A stretch of DNA of 32,000 nucleotides. It comes from Massilicoli timonensis (lineage in GTDB: Bacteria > Bacillota_I > Bacilli_A > Erysipelotrichales > Erysipelotrichaceae). The notes under the pieces were generated by a model that worked only from the letters and a program-made list of their open reading frames with translations, searched no databases and was not told where the DNA came from. Each line of letters starts with the position of its first letter. Position 1 is the first letter of the stretch. Where the stretch lies: the NCBI RefSeq assembly GCF_900199515.1, contig NZ_LT963434.1:393272-425271 (forward strand), in the 5' to 3' direction. Below are positions 7,354 through 14,343 of this stretch, piece after piece. The position numbers and the translations under genes are program-made.

Positions 7354-7711
7354 TGAATAAACGCATGAGTTTAATTTTTCTTACTTCTTTCTCATCAGGT
7401 AAACCAAATTCTTTATAAATAAATTTAGCCTCTTCACGTGTCATGTTTGAAATGTCAAAGCGATATAATATTGTGTTTATACTTGCTTCCTGTCTATGTT
7501 GGTTCATATATTCAAACAATGACATATGTACTCTTGCGATTAAATCCCTACGTGCGGTCAATCCTTTTCTTCTAGACAGCTGCTCTGTTTTATCAAGTTC
7601 TGATTGAAGCGATGGCACTAACTCTACTATCCTATCAACAGATGTTAAATAATCGAAGTTGAACCTTATATCATTCGTATCTATTCTTTTCAGGTCCTCT
7701 ATGATATTCAT
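7316..7711 (-). CDS. Hypothetical protein at the cro position of the switch (no recognisable HTH)
   Basis: RBS GGAGAGG lies upstream of ATG 7711. The 131-aa product looks helical and no family was recognised. Its 3' end overlaps the convergent gene 7012-7353 by 38 bp. Confidence 0.5.
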   Translation of the reverse strand: MNIIEDLKRIDTNDIRFNFDYLTSVDRIVELVPSLQSELDKTEQLSRRKGLTARRDLIARVHMSLFEYMNQHRQEASINTILYRFDISNMTREEAKFIYKEFGLPDEKEVRKIKLMRLFIKKLERLYSQQK

Positions 7712-7881
7712 TTTTTATACCTCTCCTTCTGTTTTTTATGACAGAACGTCATATCTTGATTAAATAATATTCCATTTAGGATATTTTGTCAATATAAAAT
7801 ATGACATTTTGTATTATTTTTGAATTAGTGCAACATTGCTGACAAATTGTCTGATAAAATACAGATAAAGGTAGGTGTTTT
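7712..7881. promoter_or_regulatory. Divergent switch region with candidate operators sharing a TGACA/TGTCA core
   Basis: Palindromes present: TATGAC-N5-GTCATA (7737-7753), TGTCA-N10-TGACA (7787-7806) and GACAA-A-TTGTC (7841-7851). Several weak -10-like elements occur, for example TAAAAT at 7855-7860. I could not assign exact promoters. Confidence 0.4.
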
Positions 7882-8376
7882 ATGTTCAGTCTTAAACTAA
7901 AAGAATTAAGAAAAAGTCGTAACTTAACACAAATTGAAATGGCTACTATGTTGAATGTAACTCAGGCTGCATATAGTAAATGGGAATCGGGTCAACGGGA
8001 ACCTAATTTCGAAATTTTAATTACACTTTCTGCCTTTTTCAATGTTTCTATTGATTATCTGTTAGATAACGAAACAGGAGTGAAAAATACACCACTTTCA
8101 AAAGATATTCAAGAGATAGTGACAGCAATGGAAAATTCAGATAGCGATATTAGAAATCGTATGAATGTTACTCTTAAATCTGCGTTCCCTGAGGCTTTCG
8201 CTAAGCCTACCAGCAAGTCGAAACCTATTAAGGAGGATATTGATAAGTATTCTTATGAATGGGCGCTAGGCGTGCTAGAACGCCATGATATGCAGCTGTT
8301 CAACTTCTTAAAAGATGATAACTCTAAAATAAGCAAAGAGGATATCATTAAAATCGCTAAAGGATTAGAAGATTAG
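7882..8376 (+). CDS. CI/ImmR-like XRE-family repressor
   Basis: The N-terminal segment LKELRKSRNLTQIEMATMLNVTQAAYSKWESGQREP is an XRE HTH. The gene diverges from the early genes and is on the same strand as ImmA and the integrase. Confidence 0.75.
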   Translation: MFSLKLKELRKSRNLTQIEMATMLNVTQAAYSKWESGQREPNFEILITLSAFFNVSIDYLLDNETGVKNTPLSKDIQEIVTAMENSDSDIRNRMNVTLKSAFPEAFAKPTSKSKPIKEDIDKYSYEWALGVLERHDMQLFNFLKDDNSKISKEDIIKIAKGLED

Positions 8377-8389
8377 GAGGATTAAATTC

Positions 8390-9232
8390 ATGGGGATTAG
8401 ATTTAGAAAAAGCGTTAATGTCGGACCTTTAAGAATCAATTTAAGCAAATCCGGCATCGGTTACAGTGTTGGCACAAAACATTATCGTGTTACCAAAACT
8501 GCTAATGGTAGAATAAGAAAAACTGCAAACTTAGGCGGCGGAATCAATTATGTTAAAGAAGAATCTATCAAAAAGAAATCTGATGAAAGCATAAACAATG
8601 GCGCCAATAACAAGATGCCTGATGATCCAAATAAGAAGAATAGTAAGCGACTAATTAAAGTGCTTTTGACGATTTTCTTCCCGCTCGGATTATTATATTT
8701 TGTTTGGAAAAACGATGAACGAAAAAAAGGAATGAAAATATTATTAAGTGCTCTATTACTTTTCTATGTATCTTTCCATGCTACTCTATGTTATAGATTG
8801 GCTAATCCAGAGGCATTCAATGAAGAAAAAATTGCTGAAAAGAAAGAATCTGATAAAAATGATAATGTATCTGACAATAAATCAGATAATGAAAATCAAA
8901 ATCCAGAAGAAGAACAAGCGCCAACGGAAGAACAATCTACACCTGATACAAATGATGCTCCAACCCAAACTCCTGAAAGCAATACGCCTAGTGAGCAAGA
9001 GCAGCCAACACAGACTCCAGTTGTTAATACACCGCCAGTAGTGGAAGAACAACCTACTCAATCGCCTGCTCAACCTCAAGAACCTGTAACTAGCATGGTA
9101 TGGGTTGCAGGAACAGATTATGTTGGTAAGTATCATTCACGAGCAAGTTGTAGTAATATGACAAGCCCTATTCAGTTAACTAGAGATGAAGCGATTGCAA
9201 GAGGTTATACGCCTTGTAAAAAGTGTTATTAA
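8390..9232 (+). CDS. DUF4236-type membrane protein with acidic/Pro-rich linker and C-terminal Cys module
   Basis: N-terminal MGIRFRKSVNVGPLRINLSKSGIGYSVG matches the DUF4236 pattern. Two hydrophobic helices follow (LIKVLLTIFFPLGLLYFVW and ILLSALLLFYVSFHATLCY). Next comes a low-complexity E/Q/P/T/N linker. The C-terminus is GKYHSRASCSNMTSPIQLTRDEAIARGYTPCKKCY. Confidence 0.6.
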   Translation: MGIRFRKSVNVGPLRINLSKSGIGYSVGTKHYRVTKTANGRIRKTANLGGGINYVKEESIKKKSDESINNGANNKMPDDPNKKNSKRLIKVLLTIFFPLGLLYFVWKNDERKKGMKILLSALLLFYVSFHATLCYRLANPEAFNEEKIAEKKESDKNDNVSDNKSDNENQNPEEEQAPTEEQSTPDTNDAPTQTPESNTPSEQEQPTQTPVVNTPPVVEEQPTQSPAQPQEPVTSMVWVAGTDYVGKYHSRASCSNMTSPIQLTRDEAIARGYTPCKKCY

Positions 9233-9243
9233 GCAGTTCCTAA

Positions 9244-9285
9244 AAAAGTTGCGTATTTTGCAAAAAAATATGCAACTTTTTATTA
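9244..9285 (+). terminator. Rho-independent terminator after the repressor/DUF4236 unit
   Basis: The stem pairs AAAAGTTGCGTAT (9244-9256) with ATATGCAACTTTT (9268-9280), with one G-U pair. The loop is 11 nt and a T-run follows. Confidence 0.65.
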
Positions 9286-9312
9286 TTGTTACAAAGTTAA
9301 TGTAATAATAAA

Positions 9313-9321
9313 TGATATACT
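9313..9321 (+). promoter_or_regulatory. Candidate extended -10 promoter for immA-int
   Basis: TGaTATACT lies between the terminator and the immA start. No good -35 element was found. Confidence 0.35.
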
Positions 9322-9339
9322 CACGTTGAGGTGAGTAAA

Positions 9340-9753
9340 ATGATTTGGAATAAGATTAAAGCAGCACTCGATTATAGCTCAGGAAAGGATATCTATCAAT
9401 TGCTCAATACGCATAATATAGAAATTCGTTATGATCGTTTTGAAAGCATCTATGCTGTAATTGCCATTGGGAATAAAACAATCATATGGATAGATTCAAG
9501 ACTTCCCTATCAAATCAAAGAATTTGTATTATGGCATGAATTGGGGCATTATCTAATAGATTACAAACATGGTGTGTTTACTTTTCATAAGTATCCATGC
9601 AAATCAGAACTACCAGTAAACATCTTTGCATGCCTAAAGGTTGGAATTAGCATGCAGGAATGGATACAAAGCGGGTGTCCTAAAAATATTGCAGTTTCTG
9701 TTTTTGATTATTTAACACAAAATGTTTATATTCCCGAAAGATTAGGGGAGTAA
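9340..9753 (+). CDS. immA: ImmA/IrrE-type metallopeptidase
   Basis: Contains an HEXXH motif (VLWHELGHYL). RBS GAGGTGA lies 6 nt before ATG 9340; the ORF-track start at 9331 is GTG. It lies between the XRE repressor and the integrase, as in ImmR/ImmA modules. Confidence 0.7.
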   Translation: MIWNKIKAALDYSSGKDIYQLLNTHNIEIRYDRFESIYAVIAIGNKTIIWIDSRLPYQIKEFVLWHELGHYLIDYKHGVFTFHKYPCKSELPVNIFACLKVGISMQEWIQSGCPKNIAVSVFDYLTQNVYIPERLGE

Positions 9754-9784
9754 AACTTTGCTAATATGATAGAGAGGTGATAAA

Positions 9785-10867
9785 ATGGCTAGAACAAAAA
9801 AGAGAACACGAAATGCGAACGGAGAAGGAACTATCTATCATTTAGGTGGAAAGTCTAGATCAAGACCGTGGGTCGCTAAAATTCCTGAAGGTATTGAATT
9901 TGATCCACACTTAAAAAAGGGATATCGTCAAAAATACAAAACGATCGGATACTATGAAACCGAAAAAGAAGCAAAAATTGCACTTCTTGAATTTCAGATA
10001 AATCCTACTCATTTTAATCATGTAAAGAAAACACAATCAATAAAATTCAAGGATGTTTATGAAATGTGGCTACCTATCGCTGCAAGAAAAAAAACTAACA
10101 AAACATTAGGCGGATACAAAGCTGGATTCAAAAATGCAAGTAAGATCCATGACATCCCTATTCAAAATCTTAAAACAGCACATTATCAGATGGTATTAGA
10201 CGAGTGTAAACTTTCTCCTTCTTCCAAAATAAAACTGCGCTCACTTTTGATCGCTGTAAACAAATATGCTGTGCAAGAAGATATCCTAGAAAAAAACTAC
10301 GCTGCATTTACAATTCCAATAACTGATGTGAAATCTAAAATGCACAAACCATTTACTAATGACGAAATCAAAACCTTATGGGATAATATTGATCTTCCTT
10401 ATGTTGATACGATCCTTATCATGATTTATTCAGGTTATCGTATCAATGAACTTCTAAATCTGATCTGTGGTGTCAACGTTGATCTAGATAAAAACATCTT
10501 TATAGGCGGTTTCAAAACAAAAGCAGGAAAAAATAGAATTGTCCCCATTCATCACAAAATACTACCGTATATTCAAACTCGTTATGAAAGCGGACTGCCT
10601 TTAATACGAACATCACGTTCTAATTCTAAAATGAAATATCAAAACTATCGAAACAATTATTTTGATAAAATTATGAGAAAGCTTAAAATGGATCATCTCC
10701 CACATGACTGTCGACATACTTTTGCTACATTACTAAACAATGTTAATGCAAACAATATTACTGTTACAAAGTTAATTGGTCATAAATCATTTGATACAAC
10801 TGAAAGAGTCTATATACATAAAAATATTGAACAATTAAGAGAGACAATCGAAAAGATCCCTGTGTGA
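9785..10867 (+). CDS. int: Tyrosine recombinase (phage integrase)
   Basis: 360-aa ORF. The C-terminal catalytic signature is SGYRINELLNL ... HDCRHTFATLL ... LIGHKSFDTTERVYIH (R, H-x-x-R, H, Y). Confidence 0.9.
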   Translation: MARTKKRTRNANGEGTIYHLGGKSRSRPWVAKIPEGIEFDPHLKKGYRQKYKTIGYYETEKEAKIALLEFQINPTHFNHVKKTQSIKFKDVYEMWLPIAARKKTNKTLGGYKAGFKNASKIHDIPIQNLKTAHYQMVLDECKLSPSSKIKLRSLLIAVNKYAVQEDILEKNYAAFTIPITDVKSKMHKPFTNDEIKTLWDNIDLPYVDTILIMIYSGYRINELLNLICGVNVDLDKNIFIGGFKTKAGKNRIVPIHHKILPYIQTRYESGLPLIRTSRSNSKMKYQNYRNNYFDKIMRKLKMDHLPHDCRHTFATLLNNVNANNITVTKLIGHKSFDTTERVYIHKNIEQLRETIEKIPV

Positions 10868-10990
10868 GATAATTGTGAGATATAACCTCATTTATTCTTT
10901 CGAAAAAGTATAAAAAAAGTTGATAAATTCGTTATTATTCATATCTGAAATTATTGGTAGTCGAATTCTACAACCGCTAGTAAACCGAAG

Positions 10991-11015
10991 AAAACCGCGT
11001 CATGCGGTTTTTTTA
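10991..11015 (+). terminator. Hairpin plus T7 (plus-strand terminator; also stem-loop on minus strand)
   Basis: The stem is ACCGC-gtcat-GCGGT (10994-11008), flanked by AAAA and TTTTTTT. It lies about 125 nt downstream of the integrase stop. Confidence 0.5.
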
Positions 11016-11092
11016 TTGCCAGATGCGTTTTTGAATGCTCCTTTGTCATCAGGGAATCATACTCATATTCATCATTATCACAAGCATAATCA

Positions 11093-11147
11093 AAAAGACC
11101 TTTGCAAAAGATGAAACATCCTATGCAAAAGTCTTTTCTGACATGAT
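11093..11147 (-). terminator. Long hairpin downstream of ssb
   Basis: AAAAGACCTTTGCA (11093-11106) pairs with TGCAAAAGTCTTTT (11134-11147), 14 bp with one mismatch. T residues flank it on both strands. Confidence 0.5.
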
Positions 11148-11156
11148 CAAAGTACG

Positions 11157-11498
11157 CTACTCATTTTCATTCATCCGACGTGCCTTATCTAAAAAAGAAA
11201 CCTTTTCGGCAATGATCTCTAAATGGTGGTACGTATTCCCATCCTTTGCCGTATAGCTGTTTGCCTGAATTCTGCCTTTTACCCCCACAATGTCGCCGAT
11301 AGCGCTTAGATCACATACCATTTCCGCGATCCCGCGCCAAAGTGTCACATTCACATGATCCACATCATACTCCCCGTTCATGTTTTTGAATGGACGATCC
11401 AAAAGCAAACCAAGCGTTGCCAGCTTATGACCTCCGCTTGTTTCTTTGATTTCCGGCAGCGTTTCGATCTTCCCAACCAAGATGATACTGTTCAGCAT
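11157..11498 (-). CDS. ssb: Single-stranded DNA-binding protein, short form lacking acidic C-terminal tail
   Basis: 113-aa OB-fold pattern: MLNSIILVGKIETLPEIKETSGGHKLATLGLLLDRPF...VTLWRGIAEMV...GDIVGVKGRIQANSY. It ends ...FLDKARRMNENE with no D-D-(I/L)-P-F tail. Composition is host-like. Confidence 0.75.
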   Translation of the reverse strand: MLNSIILVGKIETLPEIKETSGGHKLATLGLLLDRPFKNMNGEYDVDHVNVTLWRGIAEMVCDLSAIGDIVGVKGRIQANSYTAKDGNTYHHLEIIAEKVSFLDKARRMNENE

Positions 11499-11521
11499 TG
11501 CACGAACCTCCTTTCACACTC

Positions 11522-11550
11522 ATATTATGAATATTATTGGTAAAAAAAGC
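11522..11550 (-). promoter_or_regulatory. Candidate sigma-A promoter of ssb
   Basis: On the minus strand: -35 TTGCTT (11550..11545), a 17-nt spacer, then -10 CATAAT (11527..11522). Confidence 0.4.
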
Positions 11551-11588
11551 AAATTGCGCTATTTGCATATTACCTCTTATTTGATTAA

Positions 11589-11627
11589 AAATTCCTATAA
11601 AAAAAGCCCTTTTTTTGCCATAATCGG
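11589..11627 (-). terminator. Candidate terminator of the M16 peptidase operon
   Basis: The minus strand reads GCCCT...(inner TGCC/GGCA stem)...AGGGC followed by TTTTTTT. It lies 16 nt after the stop at 11643. Confidence 0.45.
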
Positions 11628-11642
11628 CATATAGGGCATATT

Positions 11643-12932
11643 TTAAGAATTTTTACTTTTTTTCGGATAAAGATGCACACAGGCTTTTTGTTCAAGATCA
11701 ATATGAGCCAAAGCCGCATCAATATCCGCTTGGGTGATCTGTGATACCAGCTCGATCGAATCATAAAAATCCAATCCTGCGAAATAGCTGCGCATAAAGG
11801 AGATCGCAATTTCATCAAAACGATTCAGTGAACGCACCATCGTACCGTAATAGCGGCGCTTTAACTGCTCTAAACAAGCCGCATCGATTTTCTGATCGAG
11901 CAGTTTTTTCATATGCTCCTCTACCAGTTCCATAAAGGCCTGCGTTTTTTGCGTTTCTCCATACAATACGATAAAGCCATAGTCATTCCCCAGATCCACT
12001 TCATAACCGAAGTAATCATTGATGATGCCTTCATCCATCCATTTCTGATAATCCGGATTCAACGTCGTAAACATCACATCCAGCGCCAAGGCAATCGCCC
12101 ATTCACACTGTTTGCGTTTTTTGGCATCGGCGATCCCTTCTAATTTATAAGCGATCGCATGCTTTGGCGTGCTCACATCCATTTCAAAGCGATACTCTTT
12201 TCGGGCAACCGTTTTCGGTTCTTCCTCATAGCCGCGCTCTACGATTTCGATGTGCGGAAATTGTTTCTTTGCCTGATTGCGCTTGATGATCTCCATAACG
12301 AAACGAGGATCTTTCGCCGTCACGCCGACCAGCAACATTCTTTGCGGATGATAATTGCGGCGGTAACAGTCCTCTAACTGCTCTTTGGTAATGGCCTGCA
12401 CACTTGCATCATCACCGCCGATGTCATAGCGCATCGGATGCTTGACAAATAATGAAGTAAACAGCTCCATCAGCAGTGAAGTATCGCTCATCTGCTTATA
12501 CATATGCAGCTCCTGAATGATGATGCCCTTTTCCTTTTCCACCGAAGCATCGCTGATCGACAGCTTCTGCACAAAGTCAAGCAGCAGTTCCAGCGGCTTT
12601 TCGATATCCTTGCTCGTAGAAAAATAATAACAGGTTTCCTGATAGGAGGTAAATGCATTGACATTGGCGCCCATTGCCGAAAACTGTTCCATTACATCCA
12701 TTTCTTCATCTTCAAACATCTTGTGCTCTAAAAAATGAGCGATGCCTGCCGGATATTGAATCCGATTGCCCTTTGCATCCACTTGTTCCATATCCAGTGC
12801 ACCAAGCGGCGTTGCCATCATGAAATATGATTTTTCATAATCCGGCTTATGCCATAAAACAACATGCAGCCCATTCTCTAATGTTTCTTCTACATAGCGC
12901 TCATCAAAACGCGCATTGATCACTTCACGCAT
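11643..12932 (-). CDS. M16-family zinc peptidase, active-type subunit (YmfH-like)
   Basis: Contains the inverted zinc motif HFLEH (GIAHFLEHKMFE). The likely start is ATG 12932 (MREVINARF...), preceded by GGAGAGGAGGAAG. It overlaps the upstream stop by 8 nt. Confidence 0.8.
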   Translation of the reverse strand: MREVINARFDERYVEETLENGLHVVLWHKPDYEKSYFMMATPLGALDMEQVDAKGNRIQYPAGIAHFLEHKMFEDEEMDVMEQFSAMGANVNAFTSYQETCYYFSTSKDIEKPLELLLDFVQKLSISDASVEKEKGIIIQELHMYKQMSDTSLLMELFTSLFVKHPMRYDIGGDDASVQAITKEQLEDCYRRNYHPQRMLLVGVTAKDPRFVMEIIKRNQAKKQFPHIEIVERGYEEEPKTVARKEYRFEMDVSTPKHAIAYKLEGIADAKKRKQCEWAIALALDVMFTTLNPDYQKWMDEGIINDYFGYEVDLGNDYGFIVLYGETQKTQAFMELVEEHMKKLLDQKIDAACLEQLKRRYYGTMVRSLNRFDEIAISFMRSYFAGLDFYDSIELVSQITQADIDAALAHIDLEQKACVHLYPKKSKNS

Positions 12933-14187
12933 CTGCTTCCTCCTCTCCGTATAACACATAAATCAGTTTTTCTTCCAGCAGGCTCGCCGCCTGAATGACA
13001 TCCTCTCTTGTCACTGCTTTGATTTCTTGTAATGTCGCTTTCAAATCAAAAGGTTCTTTCAACAATGCACATTGATAAGCATAAGCCATGAAGGAGGCCA
13101 TTTCATCCTTTGTTCCTTTGATCGAAGCATAAAGCAGATCCTTGCTTGTCGCAAACAGTTCTTCACTGAAAGCACCGCTTTTGATCTTTTCAACCTGTTC
13201 ATGAATCAAAGCAATTGCCTTTTCAATATCTTTGCGCTGGATCCCTGTCGTAATGCCTAAAGCTCCGTCAAATGAAATCAGGTTGGAATAGATGCTGTAA
13301 CACAGACTGTGCTTTTCTCTTACCTCTTGAAATAAGAAAGAAGAAGGATACTGTCCCAGCATCGCATTCGCTACCTTTAACGGCCAATAGTTTTTATCCC
13401 CGATCTGGCAGTTGCTTTGATACAGCAGCATCAGGTACGTCTGTGAAATGGCTTTGCTTTCTTCGATTCTTCTAAGCGGTGCCGCAATCTGTACTTGATA
13501 CGCATGCGCGATTTCCCGATGTTCCCCGCTAAAAGGCAAATAGCGTTTCACTAATTCTTCGATCTGTCTTTCGTCCACATTCCCGCATACGATCACATCA
13601 ATTTCATCTTCCCGCAGCAACTGCTCATAAGCCGCAAACACTTCTTCCCCGCTGATGCTTTGGATGCGTTTCTTTGTCCCCAGCGCGCTGATCGATAACG
13701 GCGCCGCATGATCCGCAAGCTCTAATGCCCGAGATACGCTGTAAGAGGAAGGATCATCCTGCGTCCGTTTCCATTTACTGAGAAGCACGGTACGCGCCTC
13801 CTCGATCATCGATTCCGCAAACTTCCCATCTTCCAAATAAGGATGAAAGATCACTTCATGCAGAAAAGCAAACTGTTCTTCCAATAAGTGCTCTTTGGAA
13901 TCGACATAACGATCATCTAAGATCCGACTTCTGATCTCCAAAACCTGCCCTTTTCCATATCCCATAGTCGATGCATGAAAGCTCATGCCATATAAACGAT
14001 CCATATGATTGGCCATTGCCTGCTTGCTTGGATAAGCCGCACAGTAATCACAAAACAACATTGCCAGCATGCTGCGTGCCGAAGCGCTTTCTTCCCGCAG
14101 CGGCGCCGAAAAACGAATACTGACACCGATATCCTTAAATTTCTTTTCCGCAATGACATGGATCTTGATTCCATTGATTCGCTTCAT
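12925..14187 (-). CDS. M16-family peptidase homologue lacking HxxEH (YmfF-like, probably non-catalytic)
   Basis: 420-aa ORF with insulinase-like length and pairing. No HxxEH motif occurs at the expected N-terminal position. It is translationally coupled to the active-type partner. Confidence 0.7.
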   Translation of the reverse strand: MKRINGIKIHVIAEKKFKDIGVSIRFSAPLREESASARSMLAMLFCDYCAAYPSKQAMANHMDRLYGMSFHASTMGYGKGQVLEIRSRILDDRYVDSKEHLLEEQFAFLHEVIFHPYLEDGKFAESMIEEARTVLLSKWKRTQDDPSSYSVSRALELADHAAPLSISALGTKKRIQSISGEEVFAAYEQLLREDEIDVIVCGNVDERQIEELVKRYLPFSGEHREIAHAYQVQIAAPLRRIEESKAISQTYLMLLYQSNCQIGDKNYWPLKVANAMLGQYPSSFLFQEVREKHSLCYSIYSNLISFDGALGITTGIQRKDIEKAIALIHEQVEKIKSGAFSEELFATSKDLLYASIKGTKDEMASFMAYAYQCALLKEPFDLKATLQEIKAVTREDVIQAASLLEEKLIYVLYGEEEADA

Positions 14188-14239
14188 CCGATTGCCTCCT
14201 TTTTTATTAGTATGGATATTTGATGAAATACCATGACAT

Positions 14240-14270
14240 AGTATATCACAAATTCCGCCGCTTTGTTCAA
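14240..14270 (-). promoter_or_regulatory. Candidate promoter of the M16 operon
   Basis: On the minus strand: -35 TTGAAC (14270..14265) and extended -10 TGaTATACT (14248..14240). The spacer is 19 nt, which is long. Confidence 0.35.
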
Positions 14271-14294
14271 AGGCCGCCGATTACAGCCATCTGA

Positions 14295-14321
14295 CGATAA
14301 AAAGAGGGATTTCTCCCTCTT
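14295..14321 (-). terminator. Rho-independent terminator of the ABC transporter operon
   Basis: The minus strand reads AGAGGGA-GAAA-TCCCTCT followed by TTTTTATC. It lies about 25 nt after the permease stop at 14344. Confidence 0.7.
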
Positions 14322-14343
14322 GTACTTATCCTTGTCTTTTTCT

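Larger units (their letters stand above)
1..10990. mobile_element. Integrated temperate phage, right-hand part (replication/recombination, switch, integrase); left end outside window
   Basis: Contiguous phage-type genes: SNF2 helicase, DNA MTase, replisome organizer, DUF1064, HNH, Sak-type SSAP, Cro/CI-like HTH proteins, ImmA, and a tyrosine integrase at the right edge. By eye the block is clearly more AT-rich than host genes from 11.1 kb onward. The right boundary is approximate, somewhere between the integrase stop (10867) and the ssb terminator (11093). The second att copy is not in this window. Confidence 0.85.

Noticed and set aside
10955-10985. tRNA-like T-arm (GTAG-TCGAATT-CTAC followed by AACCGCTA) next to the integrase. 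It suggested a tRNA or tmRNA 3' fragment as the att site.
   Set aside because: The loop is TCGAATT, not the T-loop consensus TTCGAAT/TTCRANY in register. The stem is only 4 bp. No complementary 5' acceptor strand or anticodon arm can be folded from the upstream 80 nt. There is no CCA or discriminator context. It is not supportable as a tRNA remnant.
1-10990. Whether the element is a phage satellite (PICI-like) rather than a full prophage.
   Set aside because: This cannot be decided here. The structural and packaging region would lie left of the window. The replication module (SSAP, initiator, helicase, methylase) is ordinary for a full temperate siphovirus, so the simpler call was kept.
10920-11256. 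Plus-strand ORFs 10920-11114 and 11035-11256 in the junction region.
   Set aside because: They span terminator hairpins and run antisense into ssb. They have no RBS and the sequence is not protein-like.
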